From: Convolutriloba macropyga | Lineage: Eukaryota | Assembly: GCF_964194025.1 (NCBI RefSeq) | Contig: NC_134470.1 | Span: 77,438,001-77,502,000, forward strand | Reading direction: 5' to 3' | Length of the DNA: 64,000 nucleotides | In this document: positions 50,089 to 60,898 of the stretch, piece after piece | How positions within the stretch are numbered: the stretch's first letter is position 1 | How the letters are laid out: the number at the start of each line of letters is the position of its first letter | Made by a program: the position numbers and the translations under genes | The notes under the pieces: model-generated | The model's input: only the letters and a program-made list of their open reading frames with translations | What the model was told of the DNA's origin: nothing | The model's database searches: none

Positions 50089-50777
50089 TGTATTTGTCTA
50101 TATTGTAGGCTAAGTTCTTTTTCTGTGCTAGATGTTTCTTGACTTTCGATAGGGGTTGACTCTCGTTTTCAGAATTCGTATCGTTGGTTGAACGAATATG
50201 TTGTGAAAATCTATCGTTCTCACCTTCTTTTCTTTTAATTGCCTTAGATGTAACTTTTGGAGGCTCAGTTTGGACTGTTAAAGGAACCTCTGCGTCCTTT
50301 GAATCGATGAGATCTCTTTGGGAGAATTTGTAATCATCATCACTTTGGTTGTACCTTCTGAACTGTTTTATTGCAACATAGGTACCAGAAGTTTCATAGG
50401 TTTTAGTTGAGACCCTTACAATTCTTTTTGCAGTTTCTGAGATATCAATAAACTGATCGCAGAATTCTATGTCTTTAGGGTTTCAAATTTTTCCATTTTT
50501 ATGCACTCAGCTGCTATACTGTTTATTACAAGAGAATAAAATCAAATGAATTGTTGGAAAAAGAAATAAAATTGAAGTACTACACTTTATGCAAAACACA
50601 TATTCACAGAGCTGCTAGACTTTGAGCACTATAAAAATGTGATTCGTCGAGAATAATTCCTCAGAACCTAAATCATATTAATATAAAAGCATAATTACCA
50701 AGAAACTCTAGTGTATTTGAGCTATAGTCTACAGTACATAGCTTTCAAGACACCCAATTACAATAAAATAAAAGCAA

Positions 50778-50990
50778 ATGTTAGAAATTGAACTTTGGTC
50801 CAGGAGTGATAAAACCCAGACCAAATACCATAAAAACTATACGCAATTTAGCCAACTTATTGAACAGAATACACCTTATCTCTGGGGTCCATGTCAAAAC
50901 TATAAGATAATAAAATACACTCTGGTAAGTTGTTTGCCAAAAGCAATCGCTTATCAGTCTGGGTTTACACCTGTTCTGAATTTAACTTAG
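50778..50990 (+). CDS. Small hypothetical Polinton ORF (copy A at 47926-48138)
   Basis: ATG ORF present in both duplicate copies; no motif recognised. Confidence 0.3.
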   Translation: MLEIELWSRSDKTQTKYHKNYTQFSQLIEQNTPYLWGPCQNYKIIKYTLVSCLPKAIAYQSGFTPVLNLT

Positions 50991-51152
50991 TGCAAAACTT
51001 TGTATAAACAAATAAAACTTTACAACATACAGTTCTCAACCACAATACGCAAGTGTTGAAAAGTGAACAAATTCCTTGTTTATATTCCTTGAGCATTTTG
51101 TCGTTTTCAACAGTCAAATTTTTGTTGCAGTTCTTGAAATAAGAAACATAAA

Positions 51153-51734
51153 ATGTCTCCAGTAGTTATTGTTCTGAAAAGCGAGAAAAGCCTAGAGAAA
51201 AGAACAATAGTTTACGAAACAAACCGGCAAGAAACAATCGTTATTATTGAACAAGGATGGACAACTTTTACCTGGGTTACACCAAATCACATGTCTCTTC
51301 CGGTTGTTATGTTAGATTTCATCCAGTTATTTCGTTTTGAAAAAGCATTACTAAAAGGCTCCCAGTACACATTGGATTTCGTAACAAATTACACCAGAGA
51401 GTTTATATTTGACACCTCTGTCCTTGAAGCAAATGTTCGGAAGATCTTCTACTACTGCGACTTGAAAGAAATTCCTTTATACGAAATTCAAGAAGGATAT
51501 TGGAGAGATCTCGAAAGTATCGAGGCTCTCTGGAAAACTCCCAATACTGATAGCCCTGATTGTGAATATATTGACAGTGAAAACTATCTGAATTTCCCAC
51601 CAGAGACCTCTACTACACCAGTATTTCGATCAGTAGACGATCTCAACTGCTCGGACAGTCAAGTGACTCCACCCGCATGCCGATGTCTTGCACCCAAAAA
51701 ACGAAAATTTGTCAGTAATTCTGACAAAGATTGA
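51153..51734 (+). CDS. Hypothetical 193-aa Polinton protein (broken copy A at 48301-48841)
   Basis: Intact ATG ORF with S/T-P-rich tail and PKKRK. Confidence 0.55.
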   Translation: MSPVVIVLKSEKSLEKRTIVYETNRQETIVIIEQGWTTFTWVTPNHMSLPVVMLDFIQLFRFEKALLKGSQYTLDFVTNYTREFIFDTSVLEANVRKIFYYCDLKEIPLYEIQEGYWRDLESIEALWKTPNTDSPDCEYIDSENYLNFPPETSTTPVFRSVDDLNCSDSQVTPPACRCLAPKKRKFVSNSDKD

Positions 51735-54658
51735 AGCAATCGGATCCAGAGAAAAACTTGATAAACAGAATGAAACTATACTGAAGAGAAAAAACTGCTA
51801 TAATGTTCAATTTTTTCAATCTTACTAACTCTCTAACACAATATAAAAACGAATGAAATTGTACATTCTTTTGAAATTTTTTATTGTAGCTAACTCTTGA
51901 GAACAAACACTACAATGAATGTTTTGGAAAGCAACAGAGGGATACTACTGGGACTAGTACTTGGTAAATTTTTAGGGGAAACAATAAAAAAAAGAGAAAG
52001 ATCAAAGAAATCGAACAATTTCAACATTTATCATAAAACCATAATATGTGCTCAGTTGAGAAAAACGACTAAAAATTTGCAAAATTCTGAAAATACATAA
52101 CAAAAAATCTTCTCTTGTGTGAGCGGGTGTCTGTAAAACATACCGCTTATAGTGTTGCTCTATTGTTGAAATACATTCAACAATTCATTAAACGAAAAGT
52201 GGACAAAATCAAAAAAATGAAAAAATCTCGATAATTTTGCACAACAAACAAATACAAAATTTCCAAAGTTATTTTCCCTTTTGAGGAAAAATTTTTTGCT
52301 GAAAACACGATTTTTGGAATCAGCGACCTCGAAAACATGGCGTAGCCGCCGTTTTCGACCCGTTTTTAACGTATTCTGTTATAGTTTTTAAAGATTTTTG
52401 GACCCCCAAATTCTCCTCTATAGGCTCCAATATTGTACTCTGAAAGAAATGTAAAAACGAAAAAGAAAGTTTAAAAAGGGCACTTTCCCCTCTTTCAATG
52501 AGGTCCTAAATCTTAAGCATCATCTCTAGTATCTCTAGTATATATTCTAATCAGAGTGTAAGAGAAAGCTCACATTTTTTTCAAGTTAAAAAAGCGAAGC
52601 ATTTTTAATGAAGAATAAAAAAAAACTAAACTAAAGGAAGCGTAAAGGTTTGAATTTAGCGAGTACCGAAGAAGTACTTGCGGTGGATTGGCGCAGACAC
52701 AAGGTGGAAAAGGTTTTCCAGACTTGTGTTCCTCTTTTCTTCAGGGGTAAGGAATATTTTGGTATTTCATAAGATCAACCAGGCGGAAGTGCTCATTTCC
52801 AGCAACGTCGAGCATCATTACCAGCCCCTCAATAGTTTTTAGAAGAATTCCTGTATAATTTTTTTTTGTGGAGGGTGGACTCATTGAATATCACCGTTAT
52901 TTCTTTGATGATATGTTTTCTGTAGGGGAAGATATAGGAGCGCGAGAATGATTTTTGTTCACAATCCAAATTAGAATTTAGAATTGCGATTAGAATTTGA
53001 AAGAGAGTTAATAGACTAAAGAGACTGAAAAGTGTGACTTAAATGCAAAATTTGGAAAATGAGGGTAGGTGATCTTCCGGTTGCCAGCTACTAATCAAAG
53101 TTTACTACCAATATTTAACACATTTAACCAAACCCAAAACAAAAATAAAATTTCCTTACAAAATAGACTTGATACAGAAAACCAGTTGTTACCGCTGGCT
53201 TTGATCCTGTGGAACTTCAATCGAGCGGTAGGCCGCACCTTGGCACCCCAGAGTGTAAAACATAAACTGGCGGTACGTTTGACCAAAACATTGTTTAACA
53301 ATTGAATTAGGAATAAGGAGTGGTGACCATTCAACTCAAATTGATTTTAAGTGGGTTGTATCTGAGCTCCATTCCCTTTGGGTACCGAATCAATCGTAAA
53401 AACTTCGAGTCCTTCGGAAAACTGAATGAACACAGATTATAGCCAAATGTTAAGGTTAAATTCAAAGAACTGATAAGAACAAAAATGTTTATGGAAAAGA
53501 GGGTGTATCTGAAGTCTACGTAAGTTCCTCTCAAGCTAGAACACCGTTAGGATTGGGCGTAGTGGTTTCATTTGATCATTCTTTTCGGTACGAAACACTC
53601 ATTTTCAAAAAATGGTAGCTATCAGAAAGTTGATCAAACTCAAACTTTGCCTACTGTTTGCTTAAAGCTATTTGCGGAAATGAGCTGCCAGTGTGATATC
53701 TGCCAGAAAATTTTTCAAGTTTCCACAGCTTAAGAAGACATCGAAAGGCGATGCACAACATCAAAACCCAGAACAAGCCACTTCAATGCAATGATTGCAA
53801 CTTCGAATCACCGTCGCTAGTCGGAATGATCCAACATACAAAGCAACTGCATGGATCCGAAACCATTCATCATTGTGTTTTTTGCAGCAAAACTTGTTTA
53901 CTGAAATCAGTGTTCGACGATCATATGAATCTAAATCACGGAATGCCCCAGTGGAGAAACAATGGATGCAGTGGTGACCTACCCGTGATGTCAGCAATAA
54001 GTTACGGTCGATTCAATTGTACACGTCAGGCAACGAAAACGACATGCTTGAGTATCTCATGAGTCAAAAACATGAGATTCAACAGATCATCAGAAGTGAG
54101 ACTGCAGCGTGACCGAAGAAAATTCAATTTGCAGCAAAAATAAAAATGTTGAAAGACGTATCTGAACAAGAAGAACCAGAACACTTCAATTTTTTCATAA
54201 ACTCAGAAATAACCATTGTCTACCCTGGGGAGAATCTGGCAGATGAAATGTTCTGGAATAAAGTTGAACAAATAATAAACAGTATCTCGAAAGTAACAAC
54301 AAATGGAAGCGGATTGGCGTTTCGAAAAGCTTCTGTAATCCGAAATAAAAATTGTCAAGGTTCTCCCCAATTCGTGCTGGCTCCTACATTGCTTTGCCAG
54401 TGAAGTACCAATCAGAGCAATCGCTACTGAACATCAGGAACTATCAAGATCCGATATGCTTTCTGTTTTGCTCCACTTATTCTATGGACCCCCACTCGTG
54501 AACGAAGACACCACTTGGCGAACAAAGCGAAGTTTTTCTCTGTACGGACCAAAAAACCCAAAGGCTCATCAACCGTATGGTAATCACCAGATGCTTATGC
54601 CTGTGGACGAAATTGGTATATTCGAGAACGAAAACGATGTCCAAATAAACGTTTTTCG

Positions 54659-54761
54659 TTGAGTCAAGCTTTAGATATATTTTATGGTTTAGCAACTTTA
54701 GTAACAATTTCAACTCATTCTTCTACGATCCAAAAAACAGCAATATTTTTCTTTGTTTCAG
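54659..54761 (+). other. Putative spliceosomal intron 1 in pPolB (donor degraded to TTGAGT)
   Basis: Acceptor TTTTCTTTGTTTCAG; removal joins INVFR to LNEKEELIPY...VVDLLLL in frame. Confidence 0.55.
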
Positions 54762-57328
54762 ACTTAACGAGAAGGAAGAACTCATACCGTATTGAGTTCC
54801 CAAGAAGTAGGATCAAGAATTTGTGGTTGACCTTCTGCTACTAAGCGACGGTAAAATTTTCCACTACGCCCTCATCACTGAGTTGGTAAATTTAGTACAG
54901 AAAGTTCGTGGTAGAAAACTTCATTCACGTTCTCAAAATTGCCGAAATTGTTTTCATGTAAATAGCAACATTGAAGTAATGGAAAGACAAAAAAACTTTG
55001 TAGCAGCTATGAAGCGGTCCACATTAAAATGCCGAAAGAGAATGCGTGCATTCTAAAATTCAAAAAGTTTCAAGCCAGGTCCTTTGCCCTGATTGTGTTA
55101 CATTTCGACCTAGAGTCTCATCTACTAAATGTGCACACAGCATTGAATAACCCAAAAATAAGTTCAAGTAACAACATTGAAAAACATGTTCCGTCGGGCT
55201 TTTGTATAACAGTCCACACAAAACAGCTAATGTTCAAATTGGTACGCTCACCAAACTGTATGTCCGATTTTATAAAAACAATAGAAAGTCTAGCATATGA
55301 TATTCACAACAGAAAACAACAACATAAAATCTTCACTGGTCAGCTCGGTCAAACCACAAGTGAAGCTAAAGCCTGCTGGACCTGTGGTTTGGTTTTCAAT
55401 GCACAAGATATCAAAGTGTTAGATCATTGCCACTACTCGGGTGAGTTCCTCGGTTGGGCGCACAAAACATGCAACTTGAAGCGTAGAAGTCTAAATTTCA
55501 ACCCCGTGGTTGCCCACAACCTATCAAACTATGACTTGCATCATATATGTCAAGCTATTCAATATTGCAGCTCTAATAGTAAACTGCAAGTTATCCCTCA
55601 AACAGATGAAAAGTATATATGTCTGATAACCAGAGTAAAAGTTGGCGAGTACAAAAACAAAAAAGGAGAAGTGATTGAATTTTTCAAAAATATGCGCTTT
55701 CTCGACTCTTTCCGATTCATGGGACTGTCACTTGAAAAATTGGTGTCTTTTTGCCTACAGAGGGATTTAAATTTTTTGATAACCATTTCGAAGAGAAATT
55801 TGCAAAAAAGCAAATAAAGTTGTTGCATCAAAAAGGTTTGTACTCTTACAGTTACTTTGACAATTTTGAAAGGTTCAGTGAAAAACGTTTGCCTCCCCTA
55901 AACAAGTGGAAAAACACATTAGCTGGTTGTGAAGTTTCTATAACACTGGAAAACCTGGCGCATGCTAAACAAGTTTTCCGAACGTTTAAATGCAAAACAT
56001 TGAGCGATTATCACGATTTGTATCTGACAACTGACACCCTACTGCTGGCTTGTGTGTTTGAAAAATTTCGCAAAGTGTGCTATGAAACTTATGGCCTTGA
56101 TTGCGCTCAGTATTTCTCTGCAGCAAACTTAGCGGGTGATGCATATCTCAAAACATGTATTATTAACGTTAGGCTGCTTGAAGAGAGAGCATCTTGATAT
56201 GGCAGGAAGTCTTATGCGCGGTGTTATGTCCTCAGTTTACTCGAGTAGACTTTTCAAAGCTAACAACAAATAATTGCCGGATTTTGATAAAACAATTGAG
56301 AGTTCCTTCGGTTTCACAATCGACGCAAATAATCTCTATGGGGGCATAATGCAAACCTGTTGTCTACCAATTGGTGATTTTGAGCTCGTTGAGATGTCAC
56401 TGAGTGAGCTGTTGCAAACCCCAGAAGACTCACCATACGGCTTCATCGTGGATGTGGACCTGGAATATCCCCCGAAATTGCACGACATTCAGAGTGACTA
56501 TCCACTTGCTCCAACCAGAGAGTCTGTCCAAGTTATCTGGTTGAGTCAATACCAGGAGAATCTGAGAGAGAAAATGAATGTAAGGGTTAGTACGAAGAGC
56601 AAAAAACTGCTCCAAACTATGTTTGTCAAGCCCCACTATTTAACACTTTACACTATTTAACTTTACAGCTGTATTCGGAGCTTGGTCTGAAAGTGACTAA
56701 AGTTCACCGAGTGCTCAGATTCTTGCAAGGATTTTGGTTAGCTCCCCATATAGAGTTGAATAGCAGAAAGAAAGAGCAGGCTGCAAACAAATTTGACGAA
56801 AATTTCTTCGAATTAATGATAAATAGTGTGTACGGGAAAATGTGTGAAAATCCGAGAAAACTTACCAACGTCATGCTAGTAAGATCCAAGAAAGAGCTGC
56901 TAGAACAAAGCGCAAAGTTTAACTTTAAGTCGTTCAAAGTTTTTAACCCGAACCTGCAGTAACTCTTCGTCGCACTGAGTTCACTTGATTAAAGCCGTTG
57001 ATCATTGGAGCCACAATACTGGATCTCTCCAAGATGTTTATGTTCAGGTTTCATTATAAAATAATGAAAGAAAACTTTGCTTGCAAACTTTAGTACAGTG
57101 ATACAGACTCCCTGACGTATGCAATTATGACAGGAGACCTCTACGGTGACCTTAAAAACCATCCCATTCTTTATAAAGAATTCGATTTTTCGAACTACCC
57201 AAAGGAAGCAAGCCTCTACAACCCGAGCAATAAAAAGAAAGTCCTCAAAATCAAAGATGAACTGGCGGGATCAGTAATGACAGAATTTGTTGGAATCAAA
57301 TCCAAGATGTACTCCATAATCACAGCAG

Positions 57329-57510
57329 GTATGTTTTTCCAATTGTTTTACTTATCCAAAAAAACTTTGCAATTATGGTCTTTAAAATTCTGAGACTTCT
57401 AGATATGTTTAATCAAAGCAAACAACTCAAAATTTTTTAATATAAAACCAAAAGGCTAACAAAATTCCGGTAACGAAAAACGAGGAAAAAGATTTGTTTT
57501 TCTCATTTAG
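57329..57510 (+). other. Putative spliceosomal intron 2 in pPolB
   Basis: CAG|GTATGT donor, TTTTTCTCATTTAG acceptor; removal yields KSKMYSIITADTQKKSMKGI. Confidence 0.8.
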
Positions 57511-57716
57511 ATACCCAGAAAAAGAGCATGAAGGGCATATCCCTCTCCACACAACGCTTATTCAATCACCAGTCTTTCAAAAAAGTCCTTGAGCAACAAT
57601 TTTTACAGTACGCACGATCAAAGTTTATTGTCTGCCTACGACGATAAACGCTTTATTTTCGACGACGGTATAACAAGCTACCTTTTGGCCACTAATTGTA
57701 GACGAAGTTTGCATGC

Positions 57717-58064
57717 GTGAATAACTGGGACGTAAATATGGACAACACCAACAATTCTGAAGGGGCAGAAACTACTCTTGGTAACGGCGACGAACGCCCG
57801 GAAATACAAAGTTTGAATTCAAGCACGCTGGGTGATAGGTCAGACAACAGTTTCAAGGAGACAGATTGGGGTTTCCTTCAACGCACGTCCAATGAAAGTG
57901 AGTTGGAAGTACATAGCTGTGAAGTGAGCGAGGAACCGCGAACACCCAGTCATAACGAATTCATTTTATTTGAAGCTGAAGAGAGCGACGAGGAAACCCC
58001 AGTTGTTCCTCACAAGCGTGCACGGCGTTTAATTTTATATGAATCTAGTTTTGACTCCAATTAA
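57717..58064 (+). CDS. Acidic low-complexity ORF after pPolB (separate gene or polymerase tail)
   Basis: 115-codon open frame rich in E/S/D, ending KRARRLIL. Confidence 0.35.
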   Translation: MNNWDVNMDNTNNSEGAETTLGNGDERPEIQSLNSSTLGDRSDNSFKETDWGFLQRTSNESELEVHSCEVSEEPRTPSHNEFILFEAEESDEETPVVPHKRARRLILYESSFDSN

Positions 58065-58364
58065 AAACAATCAAAAACTTGCTTTAAACTTTTTTGCATG
58101 TTGGTAATTTAGTGAACAGAACTGGTAAAATTTATGGAAGAAAAATTTTGTTTGTGTGCTGATAATGTGCCGGGCAAAATTAGCCCGTATTTTCTTTATT
58201 CCCAACGGTTATTGATTAGAAGCAAAAGTTTGGACTAACGCCTTGAAGCTAATTAAATTCACTTGTACTTTTATCTCTGATAAGCTAAGAAAAGAATGCA
58301 GAAATTGTTAATACAAACACCAACCGACTTTCATGGTTAGAAAGGGGAAAACAAAATTCAACTC

Positions 58365-58522
58365 AAAGCATGAAACTGTTCGAAGAATTAAATGAAACAG
58401 CTAAGTTTTATTCCACTCTATGTTAGGGAAATTCTAAGAGGATACCTAAAAAAGGCCATGCCGGTATTTTAACGGGGGGACAGGTCCCCCCCCGTTAGAA
58501 TACAGGCATTTTCACTACTACT
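58365..58522 (-). repeat. Polinton right TIR
   Basis: AAAGCATGAAACTG...GCATTTTCACTACTACT, inverted match to the left TIR with a few mismatches and indels. Confidence 0.95.
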
Positions 58523-60698
58523 GGTTTGATAGCAATTGTTGTTTTTTGTTACAAAAGGTCCCAGTTGATAGTCATTTTATTTCCCTGATAAGTTCTATGC
58601 TATCACATTTTTTCGTATTTCGGTTTTGTTTTGCATTCCTTGTCTAACCATTAAGTTTTCAGCAGTTTTACTGTTAACAACTTTGAATAATCTGCCTTAC
58701 AATTGAAGCGCGATTATCCAGAGCCTTGTTTAAAATTGATATCCTTGTATTAAACTTTATTTGAACATCACTGCGATCCTGTGGCATTAAGTGCGTCAAT
58801 ACTTGAAGACTTTAAGGTGTAAAAACATTTTTTAAAGTTTAATGCGTTGAGCAAAAGTCACCCAGTAACGAAACGTGTTGCTGGGTCCAAAAGCGTAGTC
58901 TACGTTCTTTGATTAATTTGATTGGTATTAAACCGTCGGTGCGGGATTTGACTCCACGCACACCCATCTAGAGATTTATCAGAAAACCTTTCTCCTGAGT
59001 CAGTTTGGGTTTGTTCATGATAACCCGTGACACTACAACCAAAAAGACTTTTCGGCATTTCTATGATGCAAGAACATAAGAGCATCGCGCTCGGAAGATG
59101 AGGTTTTTAGCCAAAACATATCTTATGAGACATATAGACATTGGAGATTGCTCAAATGTTTGGTTCGGACAATTTTGTTTCAGTCAAAACTCTAACAAAC
59201 TGATTCTTTGACAAAATATTGCATCGCTGTAGAAACGCTTCTAACTAAACTACAAAAACCTGCTTTTTCTTGTCCCTAAATAAATTACCAAGAATGAAAT
59301 GTATAATTAAAAACTCTGCTGTTGGAATTCGGATGTTAGAATGTTTTTAAACCGAAATCGGAGCGCCGCTACTGTGGTGAAACTTGTTACCTTTTGATAT
59401 GCAGCCAGTTTGATTCCTTTTAATTGAACTATTCAAATTCCAGAATTTTCTCGCAGTGTCAAGGCATTCAAAAACCAAAGACCGAAAACTGTTGATTTTT
59501 TACTTTTAATATGTTTAATTGAAATTATCGCTTTTTTGATAAGAAAATCCTAGTTGGTAGGCGTTTCGTTTTTCGGGTATATACTAAGTCCATCTTGTTC
59601 TCGTGGTAGCACTCTTTTGTATTCCTGTTCAGCCTTTCAGTTTTCATTTTTCGCATTTGATTTTTTAAATTAATTTTAACGCGTATCTTTTGTGTGTTTG
59701 ATCCCAAGTTTTTTCTAGTATTCTTTGGTCTTTACTGGAAGCCAAAACTAGTCAATCATTTTTTCATAGTATCAACGTTATATCAATATTAATAGCTGAA
59801 CAAAGATCGGTTATATATGAATTGAACGTATATGGTCCATCACGCAACCTTGAGGAATCTTATTCTAGCCAGTTGTTTAAAAAAATAAGATATGGAGTTA
59901 TCGTTTCACGTAATTTTTCACTAGTTTGATGTTTTTACCACCTGCAGTGAGTTTTATGGCTTGGGCTTCTAGGTGTTTGTCTGAAGTCATAAATTCCTTT
60001 TCTTGAAACAGAATTGTGTTCTTGATAATTCAAGCTACCCGCTCACCGTTGCTTCTTTCTTTGGGCCTGTTTTCTTGGATTATACTGTAGCCAGATGGGC
60101 TTTTGAGGATAGATTTTCCATTGAGGTTGGTCTTCTGGATGGCGGCTATTTGCATGTTATTCTTCTGCTTCCAGTCACTGATGTTTAGTTTTTGTTTGAG
60201 ACCATTACAATTCAGTTGAATGCTGAGGTTTGTGTTGTGAATGGTGAAACTTTGCGTTATATGTGCTTCTATTAGCTTGCACCAGAAGCAGCGTTTTCAG
60301 TCGATCTTGTTGTTCCATTGCTCCAACTGTAAGTTGGTGCAACTCAGATGTACCAATCCTCCGCGGCCGCACCAGGTGTCGTATTGATTCCAGTTGCTAC
60401 GGTGACAACGAACACGATGTGTTTGGCCGGGATTTGTTTCAATGCTGCCGAGGATGATAAGAGGCAGGGCAAATATGCGTTTTCTAGTCAGATACATACT
60501 AGGAACAAAAAAATACTGGATTTGCCTCTTCCTGAACTGCACTTGCAAGAGACTGGACTTGCAAGAACTCGTTTCTCGCAGTCTGTGTACAGTGTGTATG
60601 GATACTGGGTGCGTTTGCCCGATCGTAGTTCTGCCGCGTGGAGGCGTCCATACTTGAGAACCTTCGTTCCAATGATGCTTTGTAGATACCGGGGAGAT
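58523..60698 (-). mobile_element. Degenerate non-LTR retrotransposon fragments (2A-like motif, PHD-like Cys/His cluster, APE remnants)
   Basis: LIILGSIETNPGQ...RCHR...WCGR..LVHLSC; LTETKL near 59170-59188. 59300-59850 is also similar to 37760-38250. Confidence 0.5.
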
Positions 60699-60898
60699 NN
60701 NNNNNNNNNNNNNNNNNNNNNNNNNNNNNNNNNNNNNNNNNNNNNNNNNNNNNNNNNNNNNNNNNNNNNNNNNNNNNNNNNNNNNNNNNNNNNNNNNNNN
60801 NNNNNNNNNNNNNNNNNNNNNNNNNNNNNNNNNNNNNNNNNNNNNNNNNNNNNNNNNNNNNNNNNNNNNNNNNNNNNNNNNNNNNNNNNNNNNNNNNN
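60699..60898. other. Assembly gap
   Basis: Run of N. Confidence 1.

Larger units (their letters stand above)
46840..51922 (+). repeat. Internal tandem duplication (46840-49035 / 49036-51922)
   Basis: Paired ORFs 47926/50778, 46945/49813 and 48301+48488/51153; AATGT microhomology at the junction. Confidence 0.95.
53680..57695 (+). pseudogene. Protein-primed family B DNA polymerase (pPolB) with N-terminal C2H2 fingers, OTU-like region and EndoVII/HNH-like insert
   Basis: ExoI FDLES, DHCHYSG..GWAH..CNL, ExoII AHNLSNYD, RFLDSFRFM, ExoIII YLTTD, motif A IDANNLYG, motif B LMINSVYGK, motif C YSDTDS (57094-57111), KDE...KSKMYS, LSAYDDKR; many stops and frameshifts. Confidence 0.96.
38603..58522 (+). 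mobile_element. Polinton/Maverick (adintovirus-like endogenous dsDNA virus), full-length, pseudogenised
   Basis: ~160-bp TIRs beginning AGTAGTAGTG, 6-bp TSD GGCTTG (38597-38602) / GGTTTG (58523-58528), and all six core genes recognisable. Confidence 0.97.
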
